64,000 bases of DNA from Heterodontus francisci (GCF_036365525.1 NW_027140825.1:1116001-1180000); one strand, 5' to 3'. Numbered from the stretch's first letter, positions 47,860 to 63,100 are shown. Made by a program: numbers and translations. The notes: generated by a model from the letters alone, not told the origin.

Positions 47860-49470
47860 TTATAAGAAATGGGAGCAAGGAGTAGGCCTTTCGGCCCCTC
47901 GAGCCTGCTCAGCCATTCTATAAGTTCATGACTGATCTGATTGCAGCTTTAACTCCACTTTCCTTTCTGCCCTCTATAACCATGACACCCTTGTAGAATC
48001 AAAATCTGTCAAACTCAGGCTTGAATATATTCAATGACCCAGCCTCCGTTGCTCTCCAGAGAACGGAGTTCCACAGACTCACAAATCCTCTGAGAGAAAA
48101 ATATCCTCCGCATCTCCGTCTTAAATGGGAGACCCCCTTATTCTGAAATTGTTACGCCTCGTTCTAGATTCCCAAACGAGAAGGAACATCCACTCAGCAT
48201 CTACCCAGTCAAGCCCCCTCAGAATCTTACGTGGCTCATTTTTCTAAACTCCAATGAGTATCTGCCCAACCTCTTCAAACATTCCTCATAATAATCAAAG
48301 AATCACAGAATTGTGACCACGCAGAAGGAGGCCATTCGGCCCATCGTGTCTGCACCGGCTCTCTGAAAGTGCAACTCCCTCAGTTCCACTCCCCCGGCCT
48401 CTTCCTGTAACCCTGCAAATTCTTCCATTTCATGTAACTGTCTAATTTTATTTTAAATGTTTCAGTTGAATCTGCCTCCACCATGTTCCCAGGCAGCGCA
48501 TTCCAGACCTTAACCACTCGCTGCATGAAAACTTGTTTCCCCATGTCACTTTTGCTTCTCTTACCAAATACTTTAAATCTGTGCCCTCTCGTTCTCGATA
48601 ATTTCACGAGTGGGAACAGTGTCTACTCTGTCCAGGCCCCTCATGATTTTGAATAGCTCTCTCAAATCACCTCCCAGCCTTCTCTTCTCCAAGGAAAACA
48701 GTCCTAACTTCTCCAATCTATCTTCATAACTGAAATTCCTCATCCCTGGAACCATTCTTGTGAATCTCGTCTGTACTCTCTCAAATGCCCTCACATCTTT
48801 TCTCAAGTGCAACACCTAGAATTGGAGGCAATACTCCAGCTGAGGACAAACTAGTGTCTTATACGGGTTCAACATAACTTCCTTGCTCTTGTAATCTATG
48901 CCCCTATTAATATAGCCCAGGATACTGTATGCTTTATCAACCACTCTCTCAACCAGTCCTGCCATCTTCAATGACTGATGCACAGATACACACAGGTCTC
49001 TCTGCTCCTTCACCCCCTTTAGAATTGTAACCTCGATTCGATATTGTCTCTCCATGTTCTAGCTACCAAAATTAATCACTTCAAATTTCTCCACATTGAA
49101 CCTCATCTGTCACTTGTCCGCCCATTCCACCAACTTGTCTATGTCCTTTTGAAGTTCTACACTATCCTCCTCACAGTTCACAATGCTTCCAAGTTTCGTC
49201 TCATCTGCAAATTTTGAAATTGTGTCCTGTACTCCGAGGTCTAGGACATTAATATATATCAGGAAAAGCAAGGGTCCCAACACTGATCCCTGGGGAAGTC
49301 CACTACAAACCTTCCTCCAGCCCGAAAAACATCCATTAACCACTATTCTCTGTTTCCTGTCACTCAGCCAATTTCGTAATCCATGTTGCTACCGTCCTAT
49401 GCATTCCAAGAGCTACATGTTTGCTCACAAGTCTGATGTGTGGAACTGTATCAAATGCCTTTTGAAAGGT
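47860..49470 (-). mobile_element. CR1 LINE fragments (RT to 3' end)
   Basis: GLPQGSVLGPLLFLIYIN, KFADET, LVCPQLEY and RRLGGDL motifs, with stops and frameshifts. Confidence 0.9.
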
Positions 49471-50009
49471 CAGGATTTCTCATTTTCCTCTGTCAGGCCT
49501 TGAATGAGCTGGATTATCCAGGGTGGAAGCACAGACCAGAATAGAATGGAGGAGCACAAGGTTTGGGGAATGCTGGGCAGTCCCACCACGTACAGTCACA
49601 TCCCTTCTGATCTCAGCCCTCAGCAATCATTTAACAGTGAGTGTTCCCTCCCAGAACAAAAAAACACTGGATTTCCATGATCAGATGGGAAAGCCATTCC
49701 AGCAAAATCAATCAGCTTCTTGAGACGGTCAGGTTTAGCGTTCATAGATATATTGAGCAGACAGAGAATGCAATAAAACTGTAAACACACAGTTTACAAT
49801 CAGATTTACAATCACACTGGGTGGTCAGGGAGTCAAACACGTTAAAAGCCCTTTCCAAGCTGCAGCTCTCCTTGTTTGAATGTCCATCAATGGAAGATAC
49901 ACAGCCATGTTCACTTATTGCAGACGTTTTACATTGTTACACTGGAGAGTTGTGACCAATGAGTCATTTCACAACAGTTCAACAGACTGATCAGGATGTT
50001 AATATTGGG

Positions 50010-50560
50010 AAATTGGAGAGGAGCAGGGAGTCAGTGAATGGCAATAGTTCCAGGGATTATGGGTGAACAGGGTTCGGAGTGAGTGAAGACACAGGCAGCA
50101 AATGTTTCTATGAGGATAAGATCAGGAAGTGTGAAAGATGTGAGCTTGGCCAGGAGAGTATTGGAATAGTCCAGTCTGGAGGTAACAGAGGCACGGATGA
50201 GGGTTTCAGCAGAAGATGAGCTGAAGCAGGGGCGGAGTCGAGAGATGGTATGGAGGTGCAAAATGGACAGTCTTGGTGATGGTGTGGATATGTGGTCGAA
50301 AACTCATCTCGGGGTCAAACACAACAACAAAGGCTGAAAACTGTCTTGATCAGTTTCAGACAGGTACCAGAGATGGTGTCGGTGGTCCAAGAATGACATT
50401 TGTGTCGGGGACCACAGACAATGGCTTCAGTCTTCCCAATATTTATTAGTAGAAAATATCTGCTCATCCAGTATTGGATGTGAGACAAGCAGTGTGGCAG
50501 AGCAGAGACAATGGAAGCATTCACAGAGGTGTTATTGAGATGGAGTGTTGTCGACATTAG
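50010..50560 (-). mobile_element. L2-type LINE fragment
   Basis: WM...FL.IN.GKTE and AETLIRASVTSRLDYSN motifs. Confidence 0.8.
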
Positions 50561-51181
50561 GTTCCTGAGCTCAGTATAACTCCCTTCCTTTGTTATTAAA
50601 CATTTGACATATGCCACACATAAATGCTTTGTACTCAATGAAATCTTTCCTTTTCAATATATTTTGATTCTGCAAAGTTCAGCATCAACCGATCCCCCAT
50701 TCTGCATGAACCCTCAATTTGGGAGATGTTATCTCCCCTGAGGTTCTCCTTGGACAAGGACGAACTGTTTTCCTTGCCCCAATTCTCAGTGCTGACAGCT
50801 CCATGAAGCTTAGGGACCTCTACTCAATGGTAGATCTTTAAAGAAACTCCCTCATTAAACCTGAGATCACTTCATCCTGAAACTGGCCAGAGCTGTCAGG
50901 TTAGTCTGGGTTCAGCTGACCAGTGGTCACTGTATACAAATGGGATGGTACTTCTCTATTTAACAAAGCAATAGTTTAAAGCTCCCACACCCCTGCAGTA
51001 TAAAGACACACCAATTACAGTTTAACATTAGCATACTTCTAGCCGGAGATTAACCCTTTGCTGACAATTTCCTTGAGTTAAACAAGGTGAAGATAAGATG
51101 GTACAGTGATTGAGTGAGGATGTAAAACACACAGAGACTGGATCACACGTGTCGGATGCTTGTTGACATGTCCAAACTCCT

Positions 51182-54100
51182 TCACACTTCCACAGGCTCA
51201 CTAGCCGAGCACTGAACGTCTTCTGGATCCAATTCGAACTTCGTGTGTGGACACTGATCCTGGAACATGTGCTTCATCTGCATCACAGAGAGGAGAAACG
51301 ATGAGTATTACTGCAAGGGGAGGAGTGAATAGAAATAGACAGAGAGCATACAGACAGAGATCGGGAGAGAGGGTGGGGACAAGACAGTGAGAGACAGGGT
51401 GAGGCAAAGATACTCAGATAGAGGGAGAGATGGAGAGGGAGGGTGGGAGAGCTACAGGGATTGAGACAGAGGTAGAGAAACAGAGGGCGTGAGAGCGAGA
51501 GGTCGTCAGAGATGCAGTGAGGGACAGACACAGACAGAAAGAAAGACAAAGAAAGAGAAATACAGAGTGGGTGAGCGAGGCAGAGAAAGAGACAGAGATA
51601 GAAAGGACATAAAGAGAGAATGGGGAGAGTGAGAGGGAAGATCAGAGAGAGGTTACCGTACAACGAGGAGGCCATTCATCCCCTCGAGTCTGTTACACAG
51701 GAACAGGAGGAGGCCATTCAGCCCCTCATTCGAGTTCTTACACGGGAACAGGAGAAGACCATTCAGCCCCCTCACCCCCTCTCGAGCCTTTCACACAGGC
51801 TCAGGAGGAAGCCCATTCAACCCCTCACAAGCCTGATCTGGGGGACCAGAAGATAAGCGGAGGGGGAACTAGAGCTGTTTAAATAATGATCTGGAGTTCC
51901 CATTCAGTGAATACAGACAGTGAAAGGGAGGATCTGTTGTCTCCCGTGTTTCTCCTCAGTACAGTGCAGTCTCTCACCCTCTCCACAACGATTCTCTTTG
52001 CAGTTTCATCATCCAGATCAGTCATTGAAGTGATCTTCACATTAATCCTCTTGTATTTGGTATCTAAACACAACAGTCACAACATCAACAGGTTGAACAC
52101 ACCCAGAGTTTAGCACAGGGCACGGGACGTGTTTCGAATGATCTCTCCTCTCTAATTTAAACTCTCTTTCCTCCAGTTTGTCATCCACTAGTTTGTTCAT
52201 CTGTCTCTGTTATTCTCTCTATCTCAACTCGTCTTGTCTCTAATCTGACCTCCCTTTGTTATCATCCTCTATCCTGCACTCTCTTCTCTGTTGCCTCTTG
52301 TTCCATCTCCCTAGATCATTTGCATTCCGTGTTTACTCCGGTCTCACTGCCCTTTTCTCTGTCTCTATCGATCACTCTCACTCTCTCTCTCTCTCTGATG
52401 CTCTCTGTCCCTCTGACAAAGACAAAGACAGAGAGACAGACAAAGAGCATCTGTGAGAGAGACAGAGAGAGAGAAAGTGAGAGTCAGAGAGACAGACAGG
52501 GAGACAGAACATCAGAGAGAGTGGGAGACAGAGTGAGGCGAAAGAGGGAGCTGGAGAAACTGAGACCCACATCGGAGAGAGGCGGTTACAGAAATTAAAT
52601 ATATTTATATATGCGTGTGAAAGGCAGATAAAGGAGAAACAGAGAGACAGAGATAAAACTGAGAGTTACAGAGAGAGGGATGTGAGATAGAAGCTCAAAG
52701 ATATTTCTGAAGGAATTTCTGAACGTTTACGTTTCTTAGTTTCCCAATGATTCCACTCAGACTGAACACAAGTGACTGCAACTCTTGTCTGACAGCACAG
52801 ACAAGGCAGAGAGAGAGAGTGAGAACGATGGGTTTTCCTACACAGAACGATCACACAGCTGTTTGGAGGCCCTCGGTCCTGATATATTTGTGCCAGACTG
52901 AGACAGGAGGAGGGATTTAATATTCCTGAAATGTGGAGAATCTGAAATGTTTCCACAGTCATTCGAAACAGGCTGGGAGTCGGGAGGTTCCTCGGGAGTA
53001 GACGGAATCCCCGAGTCTGAGAGGATCAAATAAAGACAAGAGGAATTTCACTGGGATTCAGAACGCTGGATGAGTGGACAGAAGTGTTTTAACACAGAAC
53101 CTCCTCTCGTATGTAATCTAACTCCCTCGACACACTGAATCAATGTATACCAGCCTTTACTGAGGGGAGACACAAGGTATCATCGGCTGCAGAATCAGTT
53201 ACTACTCCGACAAGAAACAAAAACTAACAGAGAAAACTTAGGAGATTATCAAAGTGATCAGCGAAACGACAGGGGGAAAGTGGAGTCAGAGAACAACAGA
53301 GAGCAGGAATGAGAGAAAAGGAGGGTAGGCGACAGGAGTGAGACAGAAAAGAGTGAGGGAGATCTGGAATGAGTGAGAACAAGAGAGAGAAAAGAAAACA
53401 GCACTGTAATGTTCCCCTTAATCAATACTGATACCCCTCCTCCTTTCCTTCCTCCCCTCTCTTTCCTGAACACCTTGTAGTCAGGAATATTCACTACACA
53501 GTCCTGCCCCACTTAGAGCCAGGACCTTGTTATTGCCACAACATCATATTTCCACGTGGCTATCTGCGCCTGAAGCTCAACAACCTTATTTACCACTGTC
53601 CGTGCATCCATATACACACACATTAAACTGAATTTACAGCTTATCTCCTTTCCTCTTCCACTGCCCCCGTCTAATACGATACTCTTATCGACTCCAGTGT
53701 TATCTGTCCCTCCTAATTCTCTGTGCATCTGTGCTTTGCTCTCTAATATTGCTCAGACCACTGTTTTTCCTGATGTATATTAATGACATAGACTGGGGCG
53801 TACAGGGCACACTTTCAAATTCTGCAGATGACACAAAACCTGGTTGTATTGTGAACTGTGAGGAGGACAGTGATAGACGTCAGGAGGTCATAGACAGGCT
53901 GGTGGGATGGGCAGACACTGGCAAATGAAATTTATCACAGAGAATTGTGAAGTGATTCATTTTGGTCGGACGAACGAGAGGCAATATAAAATAAAGGATA
54001 CAATTCTAAAGGAGATGCAGGGGCAGAGGGACCTGGGGGGAACATGTGCACAAATCATTGAAGGTGGCAAGACAGGTCGAGAGAGCGGTCAATACTTAGG

Positions 54101-57100
54101 AAGGATGTTAAGGTATTTGAGAGGGTGCAGAGAAGATTTACCAGAATGGTTCCCGGGATGAGGGACGTCAGTGACATGAATAGATCGGAGAAGCTGGGGC
54201 TGTTCTCCGTGGAGAAGAGAAGATTAAGAGGAGATTTGATCAAGATGTTCATAATCAAGAGGGAACTGGACAGAGTAGTCAGGGAAAAACTGTTCCTCTT
54301 GGTGGGAGGATCCAGAACTAGACAGTTCCGAAGAAGGGTCACTGACCCGAAACGTTAACTCTGCTTCTCTTTCCACAGATGCTGCCAGACCTGCTTAGTG
54401 AATCCAGCATTTCTTGTTTTTGTTTCAGAACTAGAGAGCAACGGGTTTAGGTGAGTGGTAAAAGTCACAACAGAGACAGGGAAACCTTTTCACACAGTGA
54501 GTAGTTAGGATCTGAAATGCACTGCATGAGAGTTTAGTTTAGAAATACAGCACTGAAACAGGCCCTTCGGCCCACCGAGTCTGTGCCGACCATCAACCAC
54601 CCATTTATACTAATCCTACACTAATCCCATATTCCTACCAATCATCCCCACCTGTCCCTATATTTCCCTACCACCTACCTATACTCGTGGCAATTTATAA
54701 TGGCCAATTTACCTACCAACCTGCAAGTCTTTTGGCTTGTGGGAGGAAACCGGAGCACCCGGAGAAAACCCACGCAGACACAGGGAGAACTTGCAAACTC
54801 CACACAGGCAGTACCCAGAATTGATCCCGGGTCGCTGGAGCTGTGAGGCTGCAGTGCTAACCACTGTGCCACTGTGCCGCCCCTGTGTGCTGGAGGCAGG
54901 TTTAATTGAGGCTTTCAAAAGGGAATTGGATAATTGTCATGGCAGAAACAATCTGCAGCGCGACAGGAAAATGGCAGGAGTGGGAGTAGGTGAGTTGCAC
55001 TGCCAGAGAGCTGGCAGGGTGTAGATGGGCTGAACAGAAACTTTCTGTGCCGTAACCAGTCTTTGATTCCATGATTCTGCGATGATAACCCCACAAAGCA
55101 GATACCTCAGCTTCGAGAGCCCGGTGGGTAGTGGATGAAACCTCAGTAGATTCTCTAGTCGATTGTTCCTCGGATTCCTGAGTTTGAGCATCATGCTGCC
55201 CTCAGTCTCTATCACAGTCACCTCAGTCACTGCATTACACTCACCTCAGTCACTTTATCACATTCCCCTCAGTCACTTTATCCCACTCCCGTCAGTCGCT
55301 GTATCACACTCTCCTCAGTCGCTGCATCGCACTCCCTTCAGCTCACTGTATCACAATCCCCTCAGTCACTGCATTATATTCCCTTCAGTCACTGCATTCC
55401 ACTCCCCTCAGACAGTGTATCACACTCTACTCAGTCACTGTATCACACTCCCCCAGTCACTGTATCACACACCCTTCAGTTCACCGTATCCCACTCCCCT
55501 GAGACAGTGTCTCACACTCCCCTCAGACAGTGTATCACACTCCCCTCAGTCACTGTATCCCACTCCCCTCAGACAGTGTCTCACACTCCCCTCAGACACT
55601 GTATCGCAGTCCCCTCAGTCACTGTATCACACTCCCTTCAGTCACTGTATCCCACTCCCCTCAGTCAGTGTATCACACTCCCCTCAGACACTGTATCGCA
55701 CTCCCCTCACTCACTATATCACACTACCCTCAGTCGCTGCATCCCACTCCCCTCACTGACTGTATCCTACTCCCCTCAGTCACTGCATCCCACACCCCTC
55801 AGTCACTGTATCACACTCCCTTCAGTCACTGTATCCCACTCCCCTCAGTCAGTGTATCACACTCCCCTCCGTAACTGTATCACACTCCCCTCAGTCACTG
55901 TATCACACTCCCTGAGTGACTGTATCACACACCCCTCAGTCACTGTATCATGCTCCCCTCAGTCACTGCATCACACTCCCCTCACACACTGCATCACACT
56001 CCCCTCTGTCACTGTATCACACTTCCTCTGTCATTGTATCACACTACCCTCAGTCACTGTATCACATCCCCCTCAGACTCTGTATCACACTACGCTCAGT
56101 CACTGTATCACATCCCCCTCAGACTCTGTATCACACTACCCTCAGTCGCTGCATCACATCCCCTCAGTGACTGTATCATACTAACCCCAGACACTGTATC
56201 ACACTCCCCTCAGTGACTGTATCATACTACCCTCAGTCACTGTATCACACTCCCTTCAGTCACTGTGTCCCACTCACCTCAGTCAGTGTATCACTCCCCC
56301 CTCCGTAACTGTATCACACTCCCCTCAGTCACAGTATCACACTCCCTGAGTCACTGTATCACACTACCCTCTGTCACTGTATCACATCCCCCTCAGACAC
56401 TGTATCACACTACCCTCGGTCGCTGCATCACACTCCCCTCAGTGACTGCATCATACTACCCTCAGACACTGTATCACACTCCCCTCAGTCACTGTATCAC
56501 ACTCCCTGAGTGACTGTATCACACACCCCTCAGTGACTGCATCATACTACCCTCAGACAATGTATCACACTCCCCTCAGTCACTGTATCACACTCCCTGA
56601 GTGACTGTATCACACCCCGCAGTCACTGTATCATACTACCCTCAGACGCTGTATCTCACTCCCCTCAGTCACCTCATCCCACTCCTCTCAGTCTCTACAT
56701 CTCACTCCCCTCGGTCACGGCATCCAACTCCCCTCAGTCTCTACATCGCACTCCCTTCAGTCTCTACATCCCATTCCCCTCATTCACGGCATCCAACTCC
56801 CCTCATTCACTACATCCCAATCCTCTCAGTCTCTCCATCCCACTCCCCTCAGTCACGGCATCCAACTCCCCTCAGTCACTACATCCCACTCCCCTCAGCC
56901 ACTACATCCCACTCCCCTCAGTCTCTACATCGCACTCCCCTCAGTTTCTACATCCCACTCCCCTCAGTCTCAACATCGCACTCCCCTCAGTCATTACATC
57001 CCACTCCCCTCAGTCACTGCATCCCACTCCCCTCAGTCACTACATCCCACTCCCCTCAGCCAGTACATCCCACTCCCCTCAGTCTCAACATCGCACTCCC

Positions 57101-60100
57101 CTCAGTCATTACATCCCACTCCCCTCAGTCACTGCATCCCACTCCTCTCAGTCTCTACATCCCACTCCCCTCACTCACTACATGCCACTCCCCTCACTCA
57201 CTACTTCCCAATCCCTTCACCCACTACATGCCACTCCCCTAATCACTTCTTCCCACTGCCCTCAATCATTACTTCCCAGTCCCCTTAGTCAATGCATCCC
57301 ACTCCCCTCAGTCACTTATCCCACTCCCCTTAATTACATCATCCCACTCCCCTCAGTCACTGCATCTAACTCCCCTCAGTCACTGCATCCCACTCCCCTC
57401 AGTCACTACATCCCACTCCCCTCAGTCACCCCATCCCACTGCCCTCAGTCACCACATTCAACTCCCCACAGTCTCTACATCCCACTCCCCTAAGTCTCTA
57501 AATCTCTCACCCCTCAGTCACTGCATCCCACTTCCCTCAGTCACTGCATCCCACTCCACTCAGTCCATGCATCGCACTGCCCATGTCACGACATCCCACA
57601 CCACTCAATTACATCATCCCACTCCCCTCAATCACTGCATCCCACTCCCCTCAATTACATCATGCCACTCCCCTCAGTCCCTCCATCCCATTCCTCTCAG
57701 TCACTGCATCCCACTCTCCTCAGTCACCACATCCCACTCCCCTCAGTCACCCCATCCCACTCCCCTCAGTCACTGCAACCCACACCCCTCAGCCACTGCA
57801 TCCTACTCCTCTCAGTCACTGCATCCCTCTCCCCTCAATCAGTGCATCCCACTCCTCTCAGTCACTGCAACCCGCTCCCCTCAGCCACTGCATCCCACTC
57901 CTCTCAGGCACTGCATCCCACTCCCCTCAATCGGTGCATCCCACACCCCTCAATCAGTGCATTCCACTCCACTCAGTCTCTACATCCCACTTCCCTCAAT
58001 TACTGCATCCCACTCCGCTCAATTACATCATCCCACTCCCCTCAGTCACTGCATCCCACTCCCCTCAGTCACTGCATCCCACTCCCCTCAATCACCACAT
58101 CCCACTCCCCTCAGTCACCACATCCCACTCCCCTCAGTCACCCCATCCCACTCCTCTCAGCCACTGCATCCCACTCCTCTCAGTCACTGCATCCCACTCC
58201 CCTCAATCAGTGCATCCCACTCCCCTCAGTCACTGCATCCCACTCCCCTCAGTCACTGCATCCCACACCCCTCAATCAGTGCATTCCACTCCCCAGTCAC
58301 TGCATCCCAATCCCCTCAGCCTCTGCATCCCACTCCCTTCCGTCACTACATCCCACTCCCCTCAATTACTGCATCCCACTGCCCTCAGTCCACTGCATCC
58401 CATTCCCCTCCGTCACTGCATCCCACTCCCCTCAGTCAGTGCATCCCACTCCTCTCAGTCACTACATCCCACTCCCCTCAGTCACTACATCCCACTCCCC
58501 TCAGTCTATGTATTCCACTCCCCTCAATTACATCATCCCACTCTCCTTAGTCACTCCATCCCAGTCCCCTCAGTCACCACATCCCTCTCCCCTCAGTCAC
58601 CCCATCCCACTCACCTCAGTCACTCCATCCCACTTCCCTCAGTCACCCCATCCCACTCCCCTCAGTCACTCCATCCAACTTCCCTCATTCACTCCCTTCC
58701 ACTTCCCGCAGTCACTCCATCCCACTTCCCTCAGTAAGAGACTGGATGATCTCGAGGACTGATCTTCTATGGTGCAACATTGGGTGTGGAATCTGTTTCG
58801 AATGCACCCCACAAGGGGGATACCTGATGTTCCAGACACCGCTGGGGTAGACGATGATCCCCTAGTGGATTCTCGAGTTGTTTGTTCCTCGGGTTCCTCA
58901 GTTGCGACAGTCTCTGGATCTGTAATAAAGGAAGAGGGCAGAGTGGAGAAAACCCGAAGAGCTCGTTTATTTAGTTCTGTAGTCCAGACAGTGTCAGATT
59001 TTCATCTTTATCAAACCCTCGAAGATCCTATCCAACTCCTCGTGAACATTGCTTCCTGGAGAGGGAGTGTGAGGTGCCCAGCACTGCAGTGGGGACCTGA
59101 CGTGAGCCATGAACACTGCAGGGATCAGAGTGCCTGATAGACAGAGACAGCAGAGTCTGGTTCAGTTCCCTAGAGTTTCAGTGAAGTACACTTTGTGTTT
59201 CAGATCCGTTATTCACTGTGTCCCTGACAATAAGGAGGGGAGTGAGTAAACCGTCTCATTTCTGTGGGTGACACGGGACATCCCAGAATCACCCTCTGGA
59301 TGATATAGAAGCATCAATGTACCTGTACAATACGCAGCATAATAAAACAAGGACTTCAACTCATAAACGAAGTAACTGCTGCAGTTTTTGATCTTTATCT
59401 CATGGACCTTGTCGCAGTGTTTTCTACCCCAGGATAAACAAACTGTCCGTGTTACTTCCCCCTGTCCCACGCTGGGATGGGAACCTGAAATGAGAGTTTA
59501 TAAATATTGAAGACTGTAACCCATGTGAACAGTGCTGTACAGTGAATGTAAATCTGATATTCTCAAGGCTGAAATTACCATTTAACCAGCCTGTAACATG
59601 TGTGGAGCAGTGAAAATCTGGGACAGCAGTCTCCGGAATCTTCCATCCACCAGAACTGAAACAAAAATCACAGAGTCAGTCCCTGAACTGATGGCAAATA
59701 TTAACTGTTAGAGAGACTGGTACCAGCAGATAGTACCAGAAACTGGGGGAAATCCCTTACTCTGCCCATATTGACTAGATTACCCTGAAATTGTTCCTTT
59801 ACCTTTTGGATAGGTATATGGATAAAGGAGAATGATGGGGTATAGATTAAATTGTCCTTGACAGAGGACAAAGGATCGGCACAACATTGTGGGCCGAAGG
59901 GCCTGTTCTGTGCTGTATGTTCTATGTTCTATGTACATTACCTTTTAAATCTGTACCATCCTTGAGCAAGATTATCATCACACTTCTCCTGACCGGAGCA
60001 CCCAGTGACATCACAATCGCTGCTCCTCCAGGGCTGGTCCAGGACTGTGTGATTTACACACGGGTCAGTGAGTGCAGAGTCTGTGACTGAGTGACAGAAA

Positions 60101-63100
60101 GATGTTTAATGTTAATATGTGACCTTACATCAGAACTGGGAAAAGTTCTAGTGACAAGTGAAACCGGGGAGGATGTGATGATAAATGGAAGGGATCACAC
60201 TCCCCTCAGTTACCGTATCACACTCTCCTCAGTCACTGTATCCCACTCCCCACAGTCACTGTATCCCAATCCCCACAGTCACTGAATCACACTCCCCTGA
60301 GTCACTGCATGCCACTCCCCTCAGTCACTACACCCACTTCCCTCAATTACAGCATCCCACTCCCCTCACTCACTGCACCCACTCCCCTCAGTCAGTGCAC
60401 CCACTCCCATCAGTCGCTACATCCCACTCCCCACAGTCACTACATCCCACTCCCCTCAGTCACTACATCTCACTGCCCTCAGTCACTGCATCCCTCTCCC
60501 CTTAGTCGCTGCATCCCACTCCCCTCAATTACTGCATCCCACTCCCCTCAATCACTGCATCCCACTTCTCTATGTCACTGTACCCACTCCACCGAATCAC
60601 TCTATACCATTCCCTTCAGTCACTGCACCTCACTCCCCGCTTCTCTACATCCTACTCCCCTCAGTTACCACATCACACTCAGTAGTCACTACATCCCACT
60701 TCCTTCAATTACAGCATCCCACTCCCCTTAGTCACTACATCCCACTCCCGTCAGTCACTGTATCCCACTCCCCTCAGTCTCTGTATCCCACTCCCCTCAG
60801 TCGCTACTTCTCACTCCCCTGTCACTACACCCCACTCTCCTCAGTCACTACACCCCACTCTCCTCAGTCACTACATCCCACTCCCCTCAGTCACTACATC
60901 CCACTCCCCTCAGTCACTACATCCCACTCCCCACATTCACTGTATCCTACTCCACCTAGTCACCGCATCTCATTCGCTCAGTCACTGTATCCCACTCCCC
61001 TCAGTCTCTGCATCCCACTCCCCTCAGTCGCTACTTCCCACTCCGCTCAATCACTGCATCCCACACCCCTCAGTCACTACCTCCCACTCCCCTGTCACTC
61101 CACCCCACTCCCCTCAGTCACTACATCCCACTCCCCACATTCACTGTATCCTACTCCACCTAGTCACCGCATCTCATTCGCTCAGTCACTACATCCCACT
61201 CCCCTCAGTCTCTGCAGACCACTCCTCTCAGTCACTGCAGCCCACTCCTTACCGAGCTAGCCGTGTCCTAAAAGACAAAGCTGCTAGTCTGGGACTGCGG
61301 TAGGTGATGACAGAACCAACAAGAGGAGAAAATATACTTGACTTCATCCTCACCAATCTGCCTGCCACATATCCATCTGTCCATGACAGTCTTGGTGGGA
61401 GTGACCACCGCACAGTCCTTGTGGAGCCAAAGTCCCACCTTCACATTGAGGATACCGTCCATCGTGTTGTGTGGCACTATCACCATGCTAAATGGGATAG
61501 ATTCAAACAAGTCTAGCAATACAACAATGGGCATCCATGAGGTGCTGTGGGAACAACAGCAGCAGCAGAATTGTACTCAACTACAATCTGTAACCTCATG
61601 GTCCGGTATATCCCCCACTCGATCATGACCATCAAGCCAGGAGACCGAACCTGGTTCCATGAAGAGTGCAGGAGGGCATGCAAAGTGCAGCACAAGGCAT
61701 ACCTCAAAATGAGGTGTCAGCCTGGTGAAGCTACAACACAGGACTATCTGCATGCCAAACAGCATAATTAGCATGCGATGGACAGAGCTAAGCGATCCCA
61801 TAACCAACGGATCAAATGAGTTCCGAAGAAGGGTCGCTGACCCGAAACGTTAACTTTGCTTCTCTTTCCACAGATGCTGCCAGACCCGCTGAGTGATTCC
61901 AGTATTTCTTGTCCTGCCACATCCAGTCGTGAATGGCAGAAGACAATTAAACAACTAACTGGAGGAGGTGGCCCCACAAATATCCACATCCTCAATGATC
62001 AGGGAGCCCAGCACATCAGTGCAAAAGATAAGGCTGAAGCATTTGCAAAAATCTTCAGCCAGAAGTGCTGAGTTGATGATCCATCTCGGCCTTCTCCTGC
62101 AATCCCCAGCATCACAGATGTCAGTCTTCAGCCAATTCGATTCACTCCGCTTGATATCAAGAAATGACTGAAGGCACTGGATACTGCAAAGGCTATGGGC
62201 CCTGACAATATCCCGGAAGTAGTACTGAAGACCTGTGCTCCAGAACTTGTTGCATCCTTAGCCAAGCTGTTCCAGTACAGCTACAACACTGGCATCTACC
62301 CTGCAATGTGGAAAACTGCCCAGGCATGTCCTGTGCATAAAAAGCAGGACAAGTCAAAGCAGGGCAAGTTCAAGCCACCCAATTACCGTCCCATCAGTCT
62401 ACTCTCTATCATCAGTAAAATGATGGAAGGTGTCGTTGACAGTGCTATCAAGCGGCACTTGCTCAGCAATTACCTGTTCAGTGATGGTCAGTTTGGGTTC
62501 CGCCAGGGTCACTCAGCTCCTGACCTCATTACAGTGTGGTTCAAACATGGACAAAAGAGCTGAACTCAAGAGGTGAGGTGAGAGTGACTGCCCTTCAGAT
62601 AGAGTCTGTCAGGATCCTGCTGCTGTGTCTGACACTCACCAGAAAACATGAATCTCCTCAATTGCAGACCTGACAGAATACTACCCAGACATGCCAGCCC
62701 TCTCTCCAGACAGCGAGCGTCTAGTTCAGTTCCCGAGAGTTTTAGTGAAGAGTTCACTCTGTTTTACAGATCCTATATTCACTGTGTCCCTTACAAAAAG
62801 GAGGGCAGTGAGTAAACTGTCTCATTTCTATGGGAGACACGGGACATCCCAGAATCACCCATCTGCACCATATACAAACAGCAATCTACCTGTACAATAA
62901 GCAGCGTTACAGTCGGGTGGAGGCTTCAACTCATAAACAAAATAACTGCTGCAGTTTTTGATCTTTATTTCCTGGGTCCAGTGACAGCGATTTCCAGCCT
63001 TGTTAAAACAAACTGTCCTCGTTACTTCCCCCTGTCCCACACTGGGATGGGAACCTGAAATGAGAGTTTATGAATATTGAAGAAAGTAACCCACGTGAAC

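Noticed and set aside
55163-58762. Pro/Ser/His-rich ORFs up to 384 aa resembling mucin or extensin
   Set aside because: All three plus frames are open because the C-rich strand lacks stops; they are antisense to the host gene.
55200-61250. 23-bp repeat with CAGTCACTGTA, resembling an RSS heptamer context and 23 spacing
   Set aside because: The reverse strand gives TACAGTG or TGCAGTG, lacking the essential CAC, and there are no nonamers; likely coincidence.
62642-62671. Possible 30-nt micro-exon (GLQLRRFMFS) between the D8C domains
   Set aside because: AG and GTGAGT boundaries exist, but there is no counterpart after domain B and no other support.
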